A stretch of 62,441 bases of DNA from Candidatus Sungiibacteriota bacterium (GTDB taxonomy: Bacteria > Patescibacteriota > Minisyncoccia > Sungbacterales > HO2-52-23): NCBI GenBank assembly GCA_016206285.1, contig JACQRW010000006.1, positions 1-62,441 on the forward strand. The letters run 5' to 3'. The translations under genes and the position numbers were made by a program. This document shows, piece by piece, positions 44,055 to 53,337 of the stretch (its first letter is position 1; each line of letters opens with the position of its first letter). A model generated the notes under the pieces. It did not search any database and was not told the DNA's origin. It saw nothing but the letters and a program-made list of their open reading frames with translations.

Positions 44055-45203
44055 TCATTCGGAAAAAATGTCTACATATTTGCGATAGATGTATGACTGG
44101 CCGTACTTTCTATCTTTGTTTTTAGGAGTGAGAATGCCCATTTCAATAAATCGATTAACGACTGTTTGTGCTCCGGCACGGGTAAAGCCGGTCCATTTTT
44201 GAATGGCCGCCACGTTTACAATTGGTTGTGCATACAACTTAGGCAATACCATTGCAGCACTCTCCGAAGCGCGCTTGCCTAGTTTTTGGATCTTTAATAC
44301 GTCCTCTTCCCGTAGTGCTGTGATTTTCTCGACAATATCAATTGCTTCATTCGCAATCTCAATCACGCCATCAAGAAAGAAGTCCATCCATTCCGCTACG
44401 TTGCCGTGCTCGCTCTGGTATCCGAAAAGTCGTTGGTAGTAAAGCATCTGATGTTTCCGAAAGAACGAGGATAAAAACAGTACCGGCTTTTCTAAGAGTC
44501 CCGCCTTCCAGAGATAGAATGTGACCAGCATGCGTCCGGTACGGCCATTACCGTCCGTAAATGGGTGGATGGTTTCAAACTGTGCATGAATCAGACCGGC
44601 TTTGATAACATCCAGCAGAGAATCTTGTTTATGGATAAATCTTTCAAGGTCATCAAGCGCTGTATGCATCTCCTCGACCGGCGGCGGCACAAATTTTGCA
44701 TTCATGGGAGTTCTCCCACCAATCCAGTTTTGTGTCCTCCGAAACTCGCCCGGGTATGAATGATGAGTCGTTCTCGCTTTATCCATCAACTGCTTATGCA
44801 GTTCACGTACAAAACGAAGAGTAAGAGGAAAGTTGTCATCAGTGACACGCTTCATTCCATAATGAAGAGCGCGAATATAGTGGAGAATGTCATCGACGTC
44901 ATCTGGAACATTGGTATTTACTTTCATCTCTGCTTCAATCGCATCAACCATAGTCGCCATTGTTCCTTCGATCTGACTTGATGAGGTGGCGTCTTTTCGC
45001 AGATACATCAAGAGAAAGAAATCCGCATCCGGCAGAAGCTTGGTGATACCATCGAGTTTCCCAAGCAACCGAGTCGCTTCACTCCCTTTCTTTATAATCT
45101 GAGAGTCAAATTCAAAACCCCCTTTTGGCGGAAAGGGACTGGGGATAAAGGCCTTGAAACCTTCTCTCTGAAGCTTATTTACGCCAATTGGTACTAATTC
45201 CAT
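44055..45203 (-). CDS. Fic family protein (second copy in the window)
   Basis: HPFTDGNGRTGR Fic motif; SSQIEG inhibitory motif. Confidence 0.9.
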   Translation of the reverse strand: MELVPIGVNKLQREGFKAFIPSPFPPKGGFEFDSQIIKKGSEATRLLGKLDGITKLLPDADFFLLMYLRKDATSSSQIEGTMATMVDAIEAEMKVNTNVPDDVDDILHYIRALHYGMKRVTDDNFPLTLRFVRELHKQLMDKARTTHHSYPGEFRRTQNWIGGRTPMNAKFVPPPVEEMHTALDDLERFIHKQDSLLDVIKAGLIHAQFETIHPFTDGNGRTGRMLVTFYLWKAGLLEKPVLFLSSFFRKHQMLYYQRLFGYQSEHGNVAEWMDFFLDGVIEIANEAIDIVEKITALREEDVLKIQKLGKRASESAAMVLPKLYAQPIVNVAAIQKWTGFTRAGAQTVVNRFIEMGILTPKNKDRKYGQSYIYRKYVDIFSE

Positions 45204-45224
45204 AGTTTGTTTACATCCTTATAT

Positions 45225-45279
45225 AGATGTATACAAAGTATAGTAGTTTGTATATATCAAGTCAAGAGATGTATACAAA
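45225..45279 (-). promoter_or_regulatory. Promoter of the second Fic gene with three operator-like repeats
   Basis: Minus strand: TTGACT-17 nt-TATACT. TTTGTATACATCT occurs directly upstream of the -35 box and directly after the -10 box, with an inverted variant in the spacer. Confidence 0.55.
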
Positions 45280-45288
45280 CTCTCTATT

Positions 45289-46266
45289 CTAAGCACTCCA
45301 CCTTGCGCATACGGCTTGTGGCAGGAGCCGGTTTGCGGATTGTTCGTGAAGTGTAAGCTCCCCTTGCTCAATAGTACCACGTCGATCAGTCAGACGCTCT
45401 TCCAAAGCATAGCGGAGACTCAAGGGAGTGATGCGGATGGCGTAGCAGGTGAGGTTTATAAACAATACATTATCGGAAAAAAGTTTTTGGCATTCATCGA
45501 GGAGCATGGGGAGGTGTTCGTAGATATGCCAGATTTCGCCTTTGGGGCCGCGGCCGAATTTCGGGGGGTCTATGATAAAGCCGTCATATGTTGCTCCGCG
45601 GCGCACTTCGCGCTTTACGAATTTGAGGGCATCGTCAACAATCCAGCGGATCGGGCGGTCTTCAAGTCTGGAAAGTTTTTGGTTCTCTCTTGCCCATGCG
45701 ATTATTTTTTTGGACGCATCCACGTGCGTAACTTCCGCGCCTGCTGCAGCTGCTACCAATGAAGCAATGCCGGTATAGCCAAAAAGATTCAGAACTTTTA
45801 CGGGCCGATTTTCTTTTTTAATTTTCCCGGAAATCCACTCCCATTGGCTTGCCTGCTCCGGAAATACCCCTACATGGCGGAACGGAGTCGGCTCGACAAA
45901 AAATGTAATATCCGGTTCGGCTTCCCTCGACATAGCTCGGGATAAATCGCTCACCACGTGTTGCCACTGCATGTGCCAGCGGGGTTCAATATCTTTTTTG
46001 AATTGCCAGCCCTTGCCGCGGTCTTGTTCTTCGTCCTCTCCGCCTCCGTGAAAAATTCCGTCCGCAGCATCCCATTGGTCTTTGGAAAGGGCGGGGTGCC
46101 AGATTGCGCTCAGTTCGGGACGCACGAGCGTATGCGCGCCAAAACGTTCAAGCTTCATCCCCTCTCCGCTGTCGAGAAGGGAGTATCCGAGATTATTGCT
46201 TGTATCGCTCCATGCTTTCGGAGAGAGAAAAAAACATGATGATGACGTATCCATAGTGTTTTCCAT
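45289..46266 (-). CDS. Class I SAM-dependent (rRNA large-subunit type, RlmI/K-like) methyltransferase
   Basis: VLNLFGYTGIASLVAAAAGAEVTHVD SAM-binding motif. Confidence 0.75.
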   Translation of the reverse strand: MENTMDTSSSCFFLSPKAWSDTSNNLGYSLLDSGEGMKLERFGAHTLVRPELSAIWHPALSKDQWDAADGIFHGGGEDEEQDRGKGWQFKKDIEPRWHMQWQHVVSDLSRAMSREAEPDITFFVEPTPFRHVGVFPEQASQWEWISGKIKKENRPVKVLNLFGYTGIASLVAAAAGAEVTHVDASKKIIAWARENQKLSRLEDRPIRWIVDDALKFVKREVRRGATYDGFIIDPPKFGRGPKGEIWHIYEHLPMLLDECQKLFSDNVLFINLTCYAIRITPLSLRYALEERLTDRRGTIEQGELTLHEQSANRLLPQAVCARWSA

Positions 46267-46281
46267 AGTATCACAAATTTT

Positions 46282-48003
46282 TTACTGGCAATACTGCTTG
46301 ATATACTCTTCTTTTGGTTTGGCTGTATCGGGAACGAAAAGATTTTTCCGGCCAATAAGCGGAAAAGCGGTAAGCGCTGCAGGCCCGTATGCAAATGTGG
46401 TCCTGCTGTAGTTTATTCTCCGAAAGGTAATGTCCTGGGGACTTTCAATCACCAAAGCAATGGTTTTGCCCTCGCTTGAAGGCGCGGTATCAAGCATAAA
46501 TAAAAGCGTGCTGCCGTTTTTGATCGGCGGCAAAGCCGCACGAAAACCGCTGTTTTGAAATTCCGCAACGGCGCGTTGGCCGGATGCATCAACCACGGAA
46601 ATGTTGGAAAAATCGATGCCGTAGCGCGCACTGCCGGTCAGCTTAAATTTGACCGTATCAATATATACGCTGCTTGCAGGCGCCTGAAAGCTCACACCAG
46701 CAACCCGTACGGTTGAGCTGCTCATAGCAAGATCATCAAAGCACTGTTTTGATGTGGTGGTGCCTTTATTATCCGGCTCGCGGGGCTGCAGGCTAAAAAT
46801 CGTTTCGACTGCGGCCGGTGCCGGCGATGTGGCAAACCGCCCGCTGGATTTTGCAACACGCGCTTTGTCCGCTATTGCTTCTATCTCAAAAGCATAGGGG
46901 GTTTCCGGAGTCAGGTTTTCAATCCACGCAAAGTGCCTGGTTGAAAGACCGGAGCGCGATTGTTCCACTTGCTGCTCGCCGTTTTCTGATGACACAAATA
47001 CTTTTGATTCCGTGGGAATATTTGTCTGCCAGTCTATTTTTGCGATCACGCTCTGCGCAGTTGCGGCTACAGAAAAAATAATCACCGGCTGCGGTGCCGG
47101 CGGCGGAACCGGAACAGGCATAGGGGGAGGAACAGGAGGCGCAGGCATTGGGACAGGGACGGGAGACAGCATCGGAGAAAGCGAAATAGGTTTAGGAGAG
47201 GGAAGAGGAGGTACAGGTACAGGTACAGGTACCTGAACAGGAACCGGGGACGGCACGGGAGCGGGAGTGTGCGGCAGAGGAGAAGGCGGTATTGGTGCTG
47301 GCGGTGTGGATGATGAAGCCGGCACTCGTGCTGCCGGAACCGGTGTTTGTACTATTGCCGGCGCGCCGGCGCTGCCGCCCCCGCCGCCAATTCCGGATGC
47401 TGCAACAACAGGTGCAAGCGCGAGTGGCAAAGCTGCAAATAATTGTTGTTTCGGTACAGACGCAACCGGCCCAGGAGTAGCCAGTGGCGGCGCTGAAGTC
47501 TGTATGGTCGGTCCTGGCAGCATAACGCTTGGCCCCGGCGTTATCATGCGAACAGGAACTGCAGCAAGGGCATTGGCGCGAGTTTGCGTCCGGATCTGCC
47601 ATACACCCGAAGTTGGCAGGCGTTCGCGTTTTTGAAATGCCCGTACTGCCGCCGCGGTCTGGCTTAAATAGTTGCCGCTTATGGGGCCAAAAAATAATCC
47701 CTGCGCTGCAAGAAATTTTTGCACGCGCATGACTTCGGTTTTATTGCGCGATCCGTACGCCAGCGTATACGCAAATGTCTGCGGCGGTTTTTTTACTGCC
47801 GCTGGTTTTGCCAATACTGCCGGCGCTTTCCGCATAACAGCTTTTACGGGTTTTGGTTTTGGAAGAACAAGGCGCTTTGCCGCATGCGCAAACAACACAT
47901 CTGCGCCAAACAAAATAAAAAACAGCCATATTAAAAACAGCCCCTTGCACAGAGGCCCACATCGACCGGCATTGTACACCGCATATCCTCGTAATCTTTG
48001 CAT
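46282..48003 (-). CDS. Secreted peptidoglycan-binding-domain protein with a long proline-rich region
   Basis: PG_binding_1-like VQKFLAAQGLF...AVRAFQKRERL; PVPVPVP repeats. Confidence 0.6.
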   Translation of the reverse strand: MQRLRGYAVYNAGRCGPLCKGLFLIWLFFILFGADVLFAHAAKRLVLPKPKPVKAVMRKAPAVLAKPAAVKKPPQTFAYTLAYGSRNKTEVMRVQKFLAAQGLFFGPISGNYLSQTAAAVRAFQKRERLPTSGVWQIRTQTRANALAAVPVRMITPGPSVMLPGPTIQTSAPPLATPGPVASVPKQQLFAALPLALAPVVAASGIGGGGGSAGAPAIVQTPVPAARVPASSSTPPAPIPPSPLPHTPAPVPSPVPVQVPVPVPVPPLPSPKPISLSPMLSPVPVPMPAPPVPPPMPVPVPPPAPQPVIIFSVAATAQSVIAKIDWQTNIPTESKVFVSSENGEQQVEQSRSGLSTRHFAWIENLTPETPYAFEIEAIADKARVAKSSGRFATSPAPAAVETIFSLQPREPDNKGTTTSKQCFDDLAMSSSTVRVAGVSFQAPASSVYIDTVKFKLTGSARYGIDFSNISVVDASGQRAVAEFQNSGFRAALPPIKNGSTLLFMLDTAPSSEGKTIALVIESPQDITFRRINYSRTTFAYGPAALTAFPLIGRKNLFVPDTAKPKEEYIKQYCQ

Positions 48004-48060
48004 AAAAAAGAAAAATCGCGCAGAGCGATGTACCTATCATATCGGCAAAAACATAAAAAC

Positions 48061-48543
48061 TCAAGCCGTTATATCCACCTGAATTTCAATGGTCCGCTCG
48101 TTCGGTTTTTCTCCGTGGCCGAGTTCGAGTACGATCGCATCATCCGGCAAAATATTTTTGATCCGGTTTGCCCACTCGATAAGTACAATCGCATCCGGGT
48201 CTGCGAGTATATCATCCAGCCCCAGATGCAGCAATTCAACAGCATCTTCAATGCGGTAGCAGTCAATATGCACCAAGTGCCTGAAGTGCCGGTTATTTTG
48301 TACCGGGCGCAATTGGTAGGTTTTCATGAGTACAAAAGTGGGACTGGTCACATTTTCTCTTACTCCGAATGCCCGGCAAAACCCCTGCGTAAACGTAGTC
48401 TTGCCGGCCCCTAGCTCGCCATTGAGCGCGATCACCAGCGCGTGAGTCGTCTCAACCCCCCGCACTTCGGATGCGAGCAACGCCGCCACTTTTTGCGTTT
48501 CTTTCCAGTGTTTGGTGGTAATGATTGCCATGCATATAACCAT
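48061..48543 (-). CDS. tsaE: tRNA t6A37 biosynthesis ATPase TsaE
   Basis: GELGAGKTTFTQG P-loop, about 155 aa. Confidence 0.85.
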   Translation of the reverse strand: MVICMAIITTKHWKETQKVAALLASEVRGVETTHALVIALNGELGAGKTTFTQGFCRAFGVRENVTSPTFVLMKTYQLRPVQNNRHFRHLVHIDCYRIEDAVELLHLGLDDILADPDAIVLIEWANRIKNILPDDAIVLELGHGEKPNERTIEIQVDITA

Positions 48544-48617
48544 ACGGCATTTATGAAAAAATTTCGAGAGCGGACAAATTTAAACCCGCACCAAGCTCGA
48601 GGCCTGATGCGGATACA

Positions 48618-48935
48618 TTACCGACAATTTCCAATTTTTGCTCCGGGAGGAATCAACTGCGGATATCCTCTGCGGTTATATTCCCATCCGCGGAGAGAAT
48701 AGCATCCGCCCTGATGGTACACTCCGCCGCCGCCGCGTTCAAAATGATATTCCAGACCGGGCACGACCCATTCGTCCTGTCTGCCGTAATAATCAGGTAA
48801 GTAATATGGGATAACTTGATGTCCGTACTCCACCTGATACGGAACACCCCGGTAGGCGGAATTCAGCCGCGCTCCTCCGCCATAAGAACACGCGGACAAA
48901 AGCAAGAGTACTAAAAAAAGAGAGCCGATTTTCAT
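48618..48935 (-). CDS. Small lipoprotein-like hypothetical protein
   Basis: MKIGSLFLVLLLLSAC lipobox-like signal. Confidence 0.45.
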   Translation of the reverse strand: MKIGSLFLVLLLLSACSYGGGARLNSAYRGVPYQVEYGHQVIPYYLPDYYGRQDEWVVPGLEYHFERGGGGVYHQGGCYSLRGWEYNRRGYPQLIPPGAKIGNCR

Positions 48936-48946
48936 ACATACCCTCC

Positions 48947-49474
48947 CTACCATTGCCACGAAGGCGAGCCAACACACAACCGAACAAATGCATTGAGTGC
49001 CATCGTCCCAATAAGTTCACCCTGTACGCGTTCTGTCAGACCAGACCACGACGTTGCAAGATGGTGCTTCGTAAGATTGTACGCCACAGGTCTTTTGAAG
49101 CTGTCTAAAACAGTAATTTGAAAAATGGCCAGCTCACCTCGTATAAACGGAGACACCCGCATCTGATACGTAGCCGAAGATAAATCCGCCATAACTGCTC
49201 CCCGTTGGACAAGTCGAGTATTAAACTGCCTCATGATATGGTGTTGCATTTCTTCGGAAAAGTCACCCAACATGTCGCGCCGGAGAACCAGCAGCAGGGC
49301 AACACGCTCACCGCGCCAATTGATCGGCGACAATGAACACTGCCCGCTCGGAGGAGCACTCTCTACCCGGCCATAATCCACCCACGCAAGACGGGCTGCG
49401 TTTTCAAATTGCTGGGATAATTCCGGTGTGCATCCAAAAATACACAAACTAATAATCAAAGACAGTTTTTTCAT
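48947..49474 (-). CDS. Lipoprotein-like hypothetical protein
   Basis: MKKLSLIISLCIFGC lipobox-like signal. Confidence 0.5.
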   Translation of the reverse strand: MKKLSLIISLCIFGCTPELSQQFENAARLAWVDYGRVESAPPSGQCSLSPINWRGERVALLLVLRRDMLGDFSEEMQHHIMRQFNTRLVQRGAVMADLSSATYQMRVSPFIRGELAIFQITVLDSFKRPVAYNLTKHHLATSWSGLTERVQGELIGTMALNAFVRLCVGSPSWQW

Positions 49475-49476
49475 AT

Positions 49477-49746
49477 CTACCTCCCGTTTCCTGAATAGAC
49501 AGTCGGACCGCGCATCTGCAGATAATACATAGAACTGCCATAGAGACTCCTGTTGTAATACGGTATACCATGACGAAAATTCTCACATGCGTCACTTCCT
49601 ACTGCAATACAACTGTGACTCTCCGCATAACATCCGGTTCCAATTAAAGTAAGTCCCGATAACAAAAGCCCGGCAATGAATATTTTAATCAAGAGCTCCG
49701 TGCTGTTCGCGAGATAAGCGCGTATTCTCCAGAAAAAATGCGTCAT
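49477..49746 (-). CDS. Small membrane/secreted hypothetical protein
   Basis: Internal start MTHFFWRIRAYL followed by a TM segment. Confidence 0.35.
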   Translation of the reverse strand: MTHFFWRIRAYLANSTELLIKIFIAGLLLSGLTLIGTGCYAESHSCIAVGSDACENFRHGIPYYNRSLYGSSMYYLQMRGPTVYSGNGR

Positions 49747-49912
49747 GATAACGTCCTTTCTTTTGTATGTAAAAGAAGCAAAACAATATGGCATAAGTAC
49801 CATAAAAAATTATGATAGTCAAATAGCCAAAAGGTTATCCACACCTGTGCCATTTGACGGCAAAGGCAAGACGCGCTACGAATTGAGCAATTAAGTTTTT
49901 AGCCACTCTCCT

Positions 49913-51148
49913 ATGAACCAGGAAGACCTGAAAAAAGCCACGGAATTGATAGACCAGTCTTCTTCGTTCGGCATACTGCTGCCGGAGCAGCCTGATTTTG
50001 ACACACTCGCGGCGGCAGAGGCGCTCATCTCCTCGATCGCAACAAGCCAGAAAGTTGCCGGACTGCTCTCGCCGGCAGTACTTCCGGCACATACAGACAA
50101 AATCGTATTTCCAAAGCTTGCTGCGCCTACGCCGCTGCTCAAAGAATTTATTATCTCGGTAGACACGTCGCACGCGCCTATCTCCCAGCTGCGGTATGAA
50201 AAGGCGGATGATCTGAACCGCATTGATATTATACTGACACCCAAGCTTTTACCGTTGGATGCGGCACAGGTTTCGTTTCGCGAAGGCACGATCAAATGCG
50301 ACTGTCTGATCGCGATCGGCGTGCCGAATATTGAACACCTTTCCAACATGGCGGACTTTCCGCCCGACTTCTTCACGGAAAATAAGTTGATCAATATCGA
50401 TATCGGAGACGCAAACATGCGCTACGGCGAAGCAAATATTGTGGATGCAAGCCGGGCATCGCGCTCTGAGCTGGTTTGGCAGATGTTCTCGAACCCGTCA
50501 GACCCGGCAAACCGCCCGTCTGCTGATATCGGCACATTGCTGCTGGCGGGAATTCTTTCCGCAACCCAAAAACTTACTGCGCCACATACGACTGCGGATA
50601 CATTTGCCGCCGTTTCCGAGCTGATACGGATCGGTGCCCGGCATGCTGATGCACAAAAGCTTGCTGGCCTGCCCGCTTCGCCGGAGCTCCAGCGAGGCGA
50701 ACCAGTAGACCGTGCCTACCAACAAGGAGACAAGCAGAATCAAAGTACACCGTTGGGTCTTGCGCAATTATGTGCACGGGCATCGGTACGTTCCAAATAC
50801 GACGAAGAAAACGACATACTTTGGTCATTTCTCACCAGCGAAGATTTTACCAAGACAAACCGCACTCCAGATGACATACCGACGGTGCTTGATTCGATCC
50901 GGCTCACGCTGCCCCAAAGCAGGATCACGGCGCTTTTATGGCAAGAGCCCGGCAATGCGCAGGAAAACCACTCCGCGGATCTGATCCGCATACTGCTTGT
51001 GGGAGACCGGCGGATACTTGATGCCATCGGGAGCAAGGAAGAAACAACGCTCTACGGACAACATGGCGGAATTTTACTGACTGCCTCATTCCCGTCATTC
51101 CGCGAGGCAGAAGATCATGTGCACGCATTGATTCGGACCGCACTTTGA
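49913..51148 (+). CDS. DHH/DHHA1-like protein with degenerate catalytic motifs
   Basis: NrnA-like layout (PDFDTLAAAEAL, IDIGDAN where DHH is expected, HGG near the C-terminus). Confidence 0.4.
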   Translation: MNQEDLKKATELIDQSSSFGILLPEQPDFDTLAAAEALISSIATSQKVAGLLSPAVLPAHTDKIVFPKLAAPTPLLKEFIISVDTSHAPISQLRYEKADDLNRIDIILTPKLLPLDAAQVSFREGTIKCDCLIAIGVPNIEHLSNMADFPPDFFTENKLINIDIGDANMRYGEANIVDASRASRSELVWQMFSNPSDPANRPSADIGTLLLAGILSATQKLTAPHTTADTFAAVSELIRIGARHADAQKLAGLPASPELQRGEPVDRAYQQGDKQNQSTPLGLAQLCARASVRSKYDEENDILWSFLTSEDFTKTNRTPDDIPTVLDSIRLTLPQSRITALLWQEPGNAQENHSADLIRILLVGDRRILDAIGSKEETTLYGQHGGILLTASFPSFREAEDHVHALIRTAL

Positions 51149-51157
51149 CATATAATA

Positions 51158-51239
51158 CACGTAGAACGATACACGTAAAACGTAACACAAATAATTCAAT
51201 TTATTTTTGTTCTTCGTTCTATGTGTTTCGTGTTATGTG
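51158..51239. repeat. Inverted heptamer-array element A
   Basis: 34-nt arms of tandem NTARAAC-like heptamers (GTAGAAC GATACAC GTAAAAC GTAACAC) facing inverted copies, with a 14-nt loop. Confidence 0.75.
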
Positions 51240-51245
51240 ACCTTT

Positions 51246-52955
51246 ATGTCCCAATTTCAGGAAGAAAAACAAGAACATCGCCTTGAGCTCCTTCGCCGCA
51301 AGGAAGAAGAAGACAGCGTGCGCATGCTTGCAGACCGCTATGAAATTTCCTATATAGACTTGTCCGCTTTTCCGATAGATCTGGATGCCGTCGGCATCAT
51401 TTCCGAGGACCGGGCGCGGCGCGCCGAGATGGTAATCTTCAACGCATCCGGCAAACGCCTCAAAATCGCCATACGCAATCCTAAAAAAGAGGAAACTCAA
51501 ACCGCACTCAATGCGCTCACGCGAGACCGCTACGCTTACGAACTGTTCCTTGTTTCAGCGCACAGTATGCAACATGCCCTGGAAGCATATCAAAAGACAT
51601 CACAGCAGGAAGTCCACGAGTCCGGAGCAATCAGGGTATCGGAAGAAAAAATTGCTGCCTTGCAGGAAGAGATACAAGACCTTGCCGCAATCAAAGACCG
51701 GGTGGAAAAAACATTTTACGGCCGCACCTCGGATGCTCTGGAAATTATCCTTGCCGGTGCGCTTGCGGTGGATGCCTCGGACATGCACCTTGAACCGCAG
51801 CAAGATGCCGCACGACTCCGCTTCAGGCTGGACGGCGTGCTGCACGATGTATCTATGCTCCCGACTAAGCTGTACACCTTTCTCCTGTCGCGCATCAAAC
51901 TGATTTCCGAACTCAAGCTGAATGTGCACGACCGGGCACAGGACGGCAGATTCACCATACGCATACCGCGCAAGACAGGAGCTCAAACCGAGACAATGGA
52001 AGCCAGCCAAGAAATGAACAATATCGAGGTTCGCGTTTCAACGCTCCCCGGACCAAACGGAGAAAACGCAGTCATGCGCATCTTGGATCCGAAATCCATA
52101 AACGTGGGGTTTGAGGATCTTGGCATGCAACCGTGGATCATCACGCTCATGGCAGCGGAACTCGCCCGGCCCAACGGCATGATCCTCAACACCGGCCCGA
52201 CCGGCTCCGGGAAAACCACCACGCTGTATACGTTTCTGAAAAAAATACACACGCCCGAGATCAAAATCATCACGCTTGAGGACCCGATCGAATACCATCT
52301 TACCGGCATCGAGCAGACGCAGATCGACGTGGAAAAAGGATATGATTTCGCCAATGGCCTGCGCGCCATCGTGCGCCAGGACCCCGACGTGATCCTGGTC
52401 GGCGAGATCCGTGATACGCCCACAGCCGAGACCGCAACCAACGCGGCACAGACCGGCCATCTGGTCTTCTCAACCCTGCACACCAACAACGCCGCTGGCG
52501 CCATTCCCCGCCTGATTGCTCTTGGCGTACGGCTCGACAGCATTGCCGCGGCGCTGCGCGTCACCATGGCGCAACGCCTTGTTCGACAGCTGTGTAGTCA
52601 TTGCCGCATTGCCAGTCCGCTTACTCCGGAACTGTCCGAACGCATACAAAAGGAGCTCGCGGAGTTTCCTGCCGGAGTTCCGATTCCAACACCGGAAACA
52701 TGGAACATATTCGAACCGTCAACGCAAGGCTGCACGTTCTGCAGCGGCATGAAATATAAAGGCAGGATCGGCGTGTATGAAATTATTTTAAACAATGAAG
52801 AGGTGCAAAATCTGATTTTGAAAGGCAATGTTTCGGAATTCGATCTTGTCCGCGCCGGACACAAGCAAGGGCAGATTACGATGGCACAGGACGGCCTGCT
52901 CAAAATTCTTGCCGGTATGACCGACTTTGCTGAACGGGACCGAATAGTAGGGTAA
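51246..52955 (+). CDS. pilB: Type II/IV secretion ATPase (PilB/GspE family)
   Basis: GPTGSGKTTTLY Walker A, Asp/His boxes, C-terminal Cys motif. The ATG at 51246 is preferred over the TTG at 51207 inside the repeat. Confidence 0.85.
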   Translation: MSQFQEEKQEHRLELLRRKEEEDSVRMLADRYEISYIDLSAFPIDLDAVGIISEDRARRAEMVIFNASGKRLKIAIRNPKKEETQTALNALTRDRYAYELFLVSAHSMQHALEAYQKTSQQEVHESGAIRVSEEKIAALQEEIQDLAAIKDRVEKTFYGRTSDALEIILAGALAVDASDMHLEPQQDAARLRFRLDGVLHDVSMLPTKLYTFLLSRIKLISELKLNVHDRAQDGRFTIRIPRKTGAQTETMEASQEMNNIEVRVSTLPGPNGENAVMRILDPKSINVGFEDLGMQPWIITLMAAELARPNGMILNTGPTGSGKTTTLYTFLKKIHTPEIKIITLEDPIEYHLTGIEQTQIDVEKGYDFANGLRAIVRQDPDVILVGEIRDTPTAETATNAAQTGHLVFSTLHTNNAAGAIPRLIALGVRLDSIAAALRVTMAQRLVRQLCSHCRIASPLTPELSERIQKELAEFPAGVPIPTPETWNIFEPSTQGCTFCSGMKYKGRIGVYEIILNNEEVQNLILKGNVSEFDLVRAGHKQGQITMAQDGLLKILAGMTDFAERDRIVG

Positions 52956-52960
52956 AGAGA

Positions 52961-53041
52961 GAAACGATAAAACAAAAAACGTAAAACAAGAAAAACTACT
53001 ACCCGTTTTATGTTCTACGTTTTAAGTTCTATATGTTCTTC
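52961..53041. repeat. Inverted heptamer-array element B
   Basis: ATAAAAC AAAAAAC GTAAAAC ... loop ... GTTTTAT GTTCTAC GTTTTAA GTTCTAT. Confidence 0.7.
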
Positions 53042-53046
53042 CCGTA

Positions 53047-53213
53047 TGAGGTCGTGGGCAATCACTCCGGCTTGGGAACACGGAGACCAGGATTTCCCCC
53101 AGAAACACCCCAGCACATTTCCACAGTAAAGCAGAACAACCAGAAAGCCCTGGTTCAAAAATCCCCTTAAGGCAACAAACTTGGAAATTGAGCCCTATTT
53201 GCCCACGACCTCA
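53047..53213. other. 167-bp element bounded by perfect 15-bp inverted repeats (candidate sRNA or MITE)
   Basis: tgaggtcgtgggcaa ... ttgcccacgacctca; no ORF in the interior. Confidence 0.6.
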
Positions 53214-53337
53214 GACGAGAAGATTATGAGAAACATACTATAAAAGCAAGTGAAGTAACAAGATAAAGTAAAAGAAGGGAACATGCCCCTCAGTAATGGC
53301 AGTATAACAAAATAATTGACTCTTGTCAACCTCTCCT

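Noticed and set aside
49835-49843. Perfect DnaA-box 9-mers (TTATCCACA) at 542-550 and 49835-49843, with the reverse complement at 34226-34234
   Set aside because: They are isolated single boxes more than 10 kb apart, with no clustering or AT-rich unwinding element. The origin is more likely beyond the right edge next to dnaA/dnaN. Three hits exceed the random expectation of about 0.5 but do not define an oriC.
53047-53213. Inverted-repeat-bounded element considered as a retron msr/msd locus
   Set aside because: No reverse transcriptase gene is adjacent; the next gene is ruvB.
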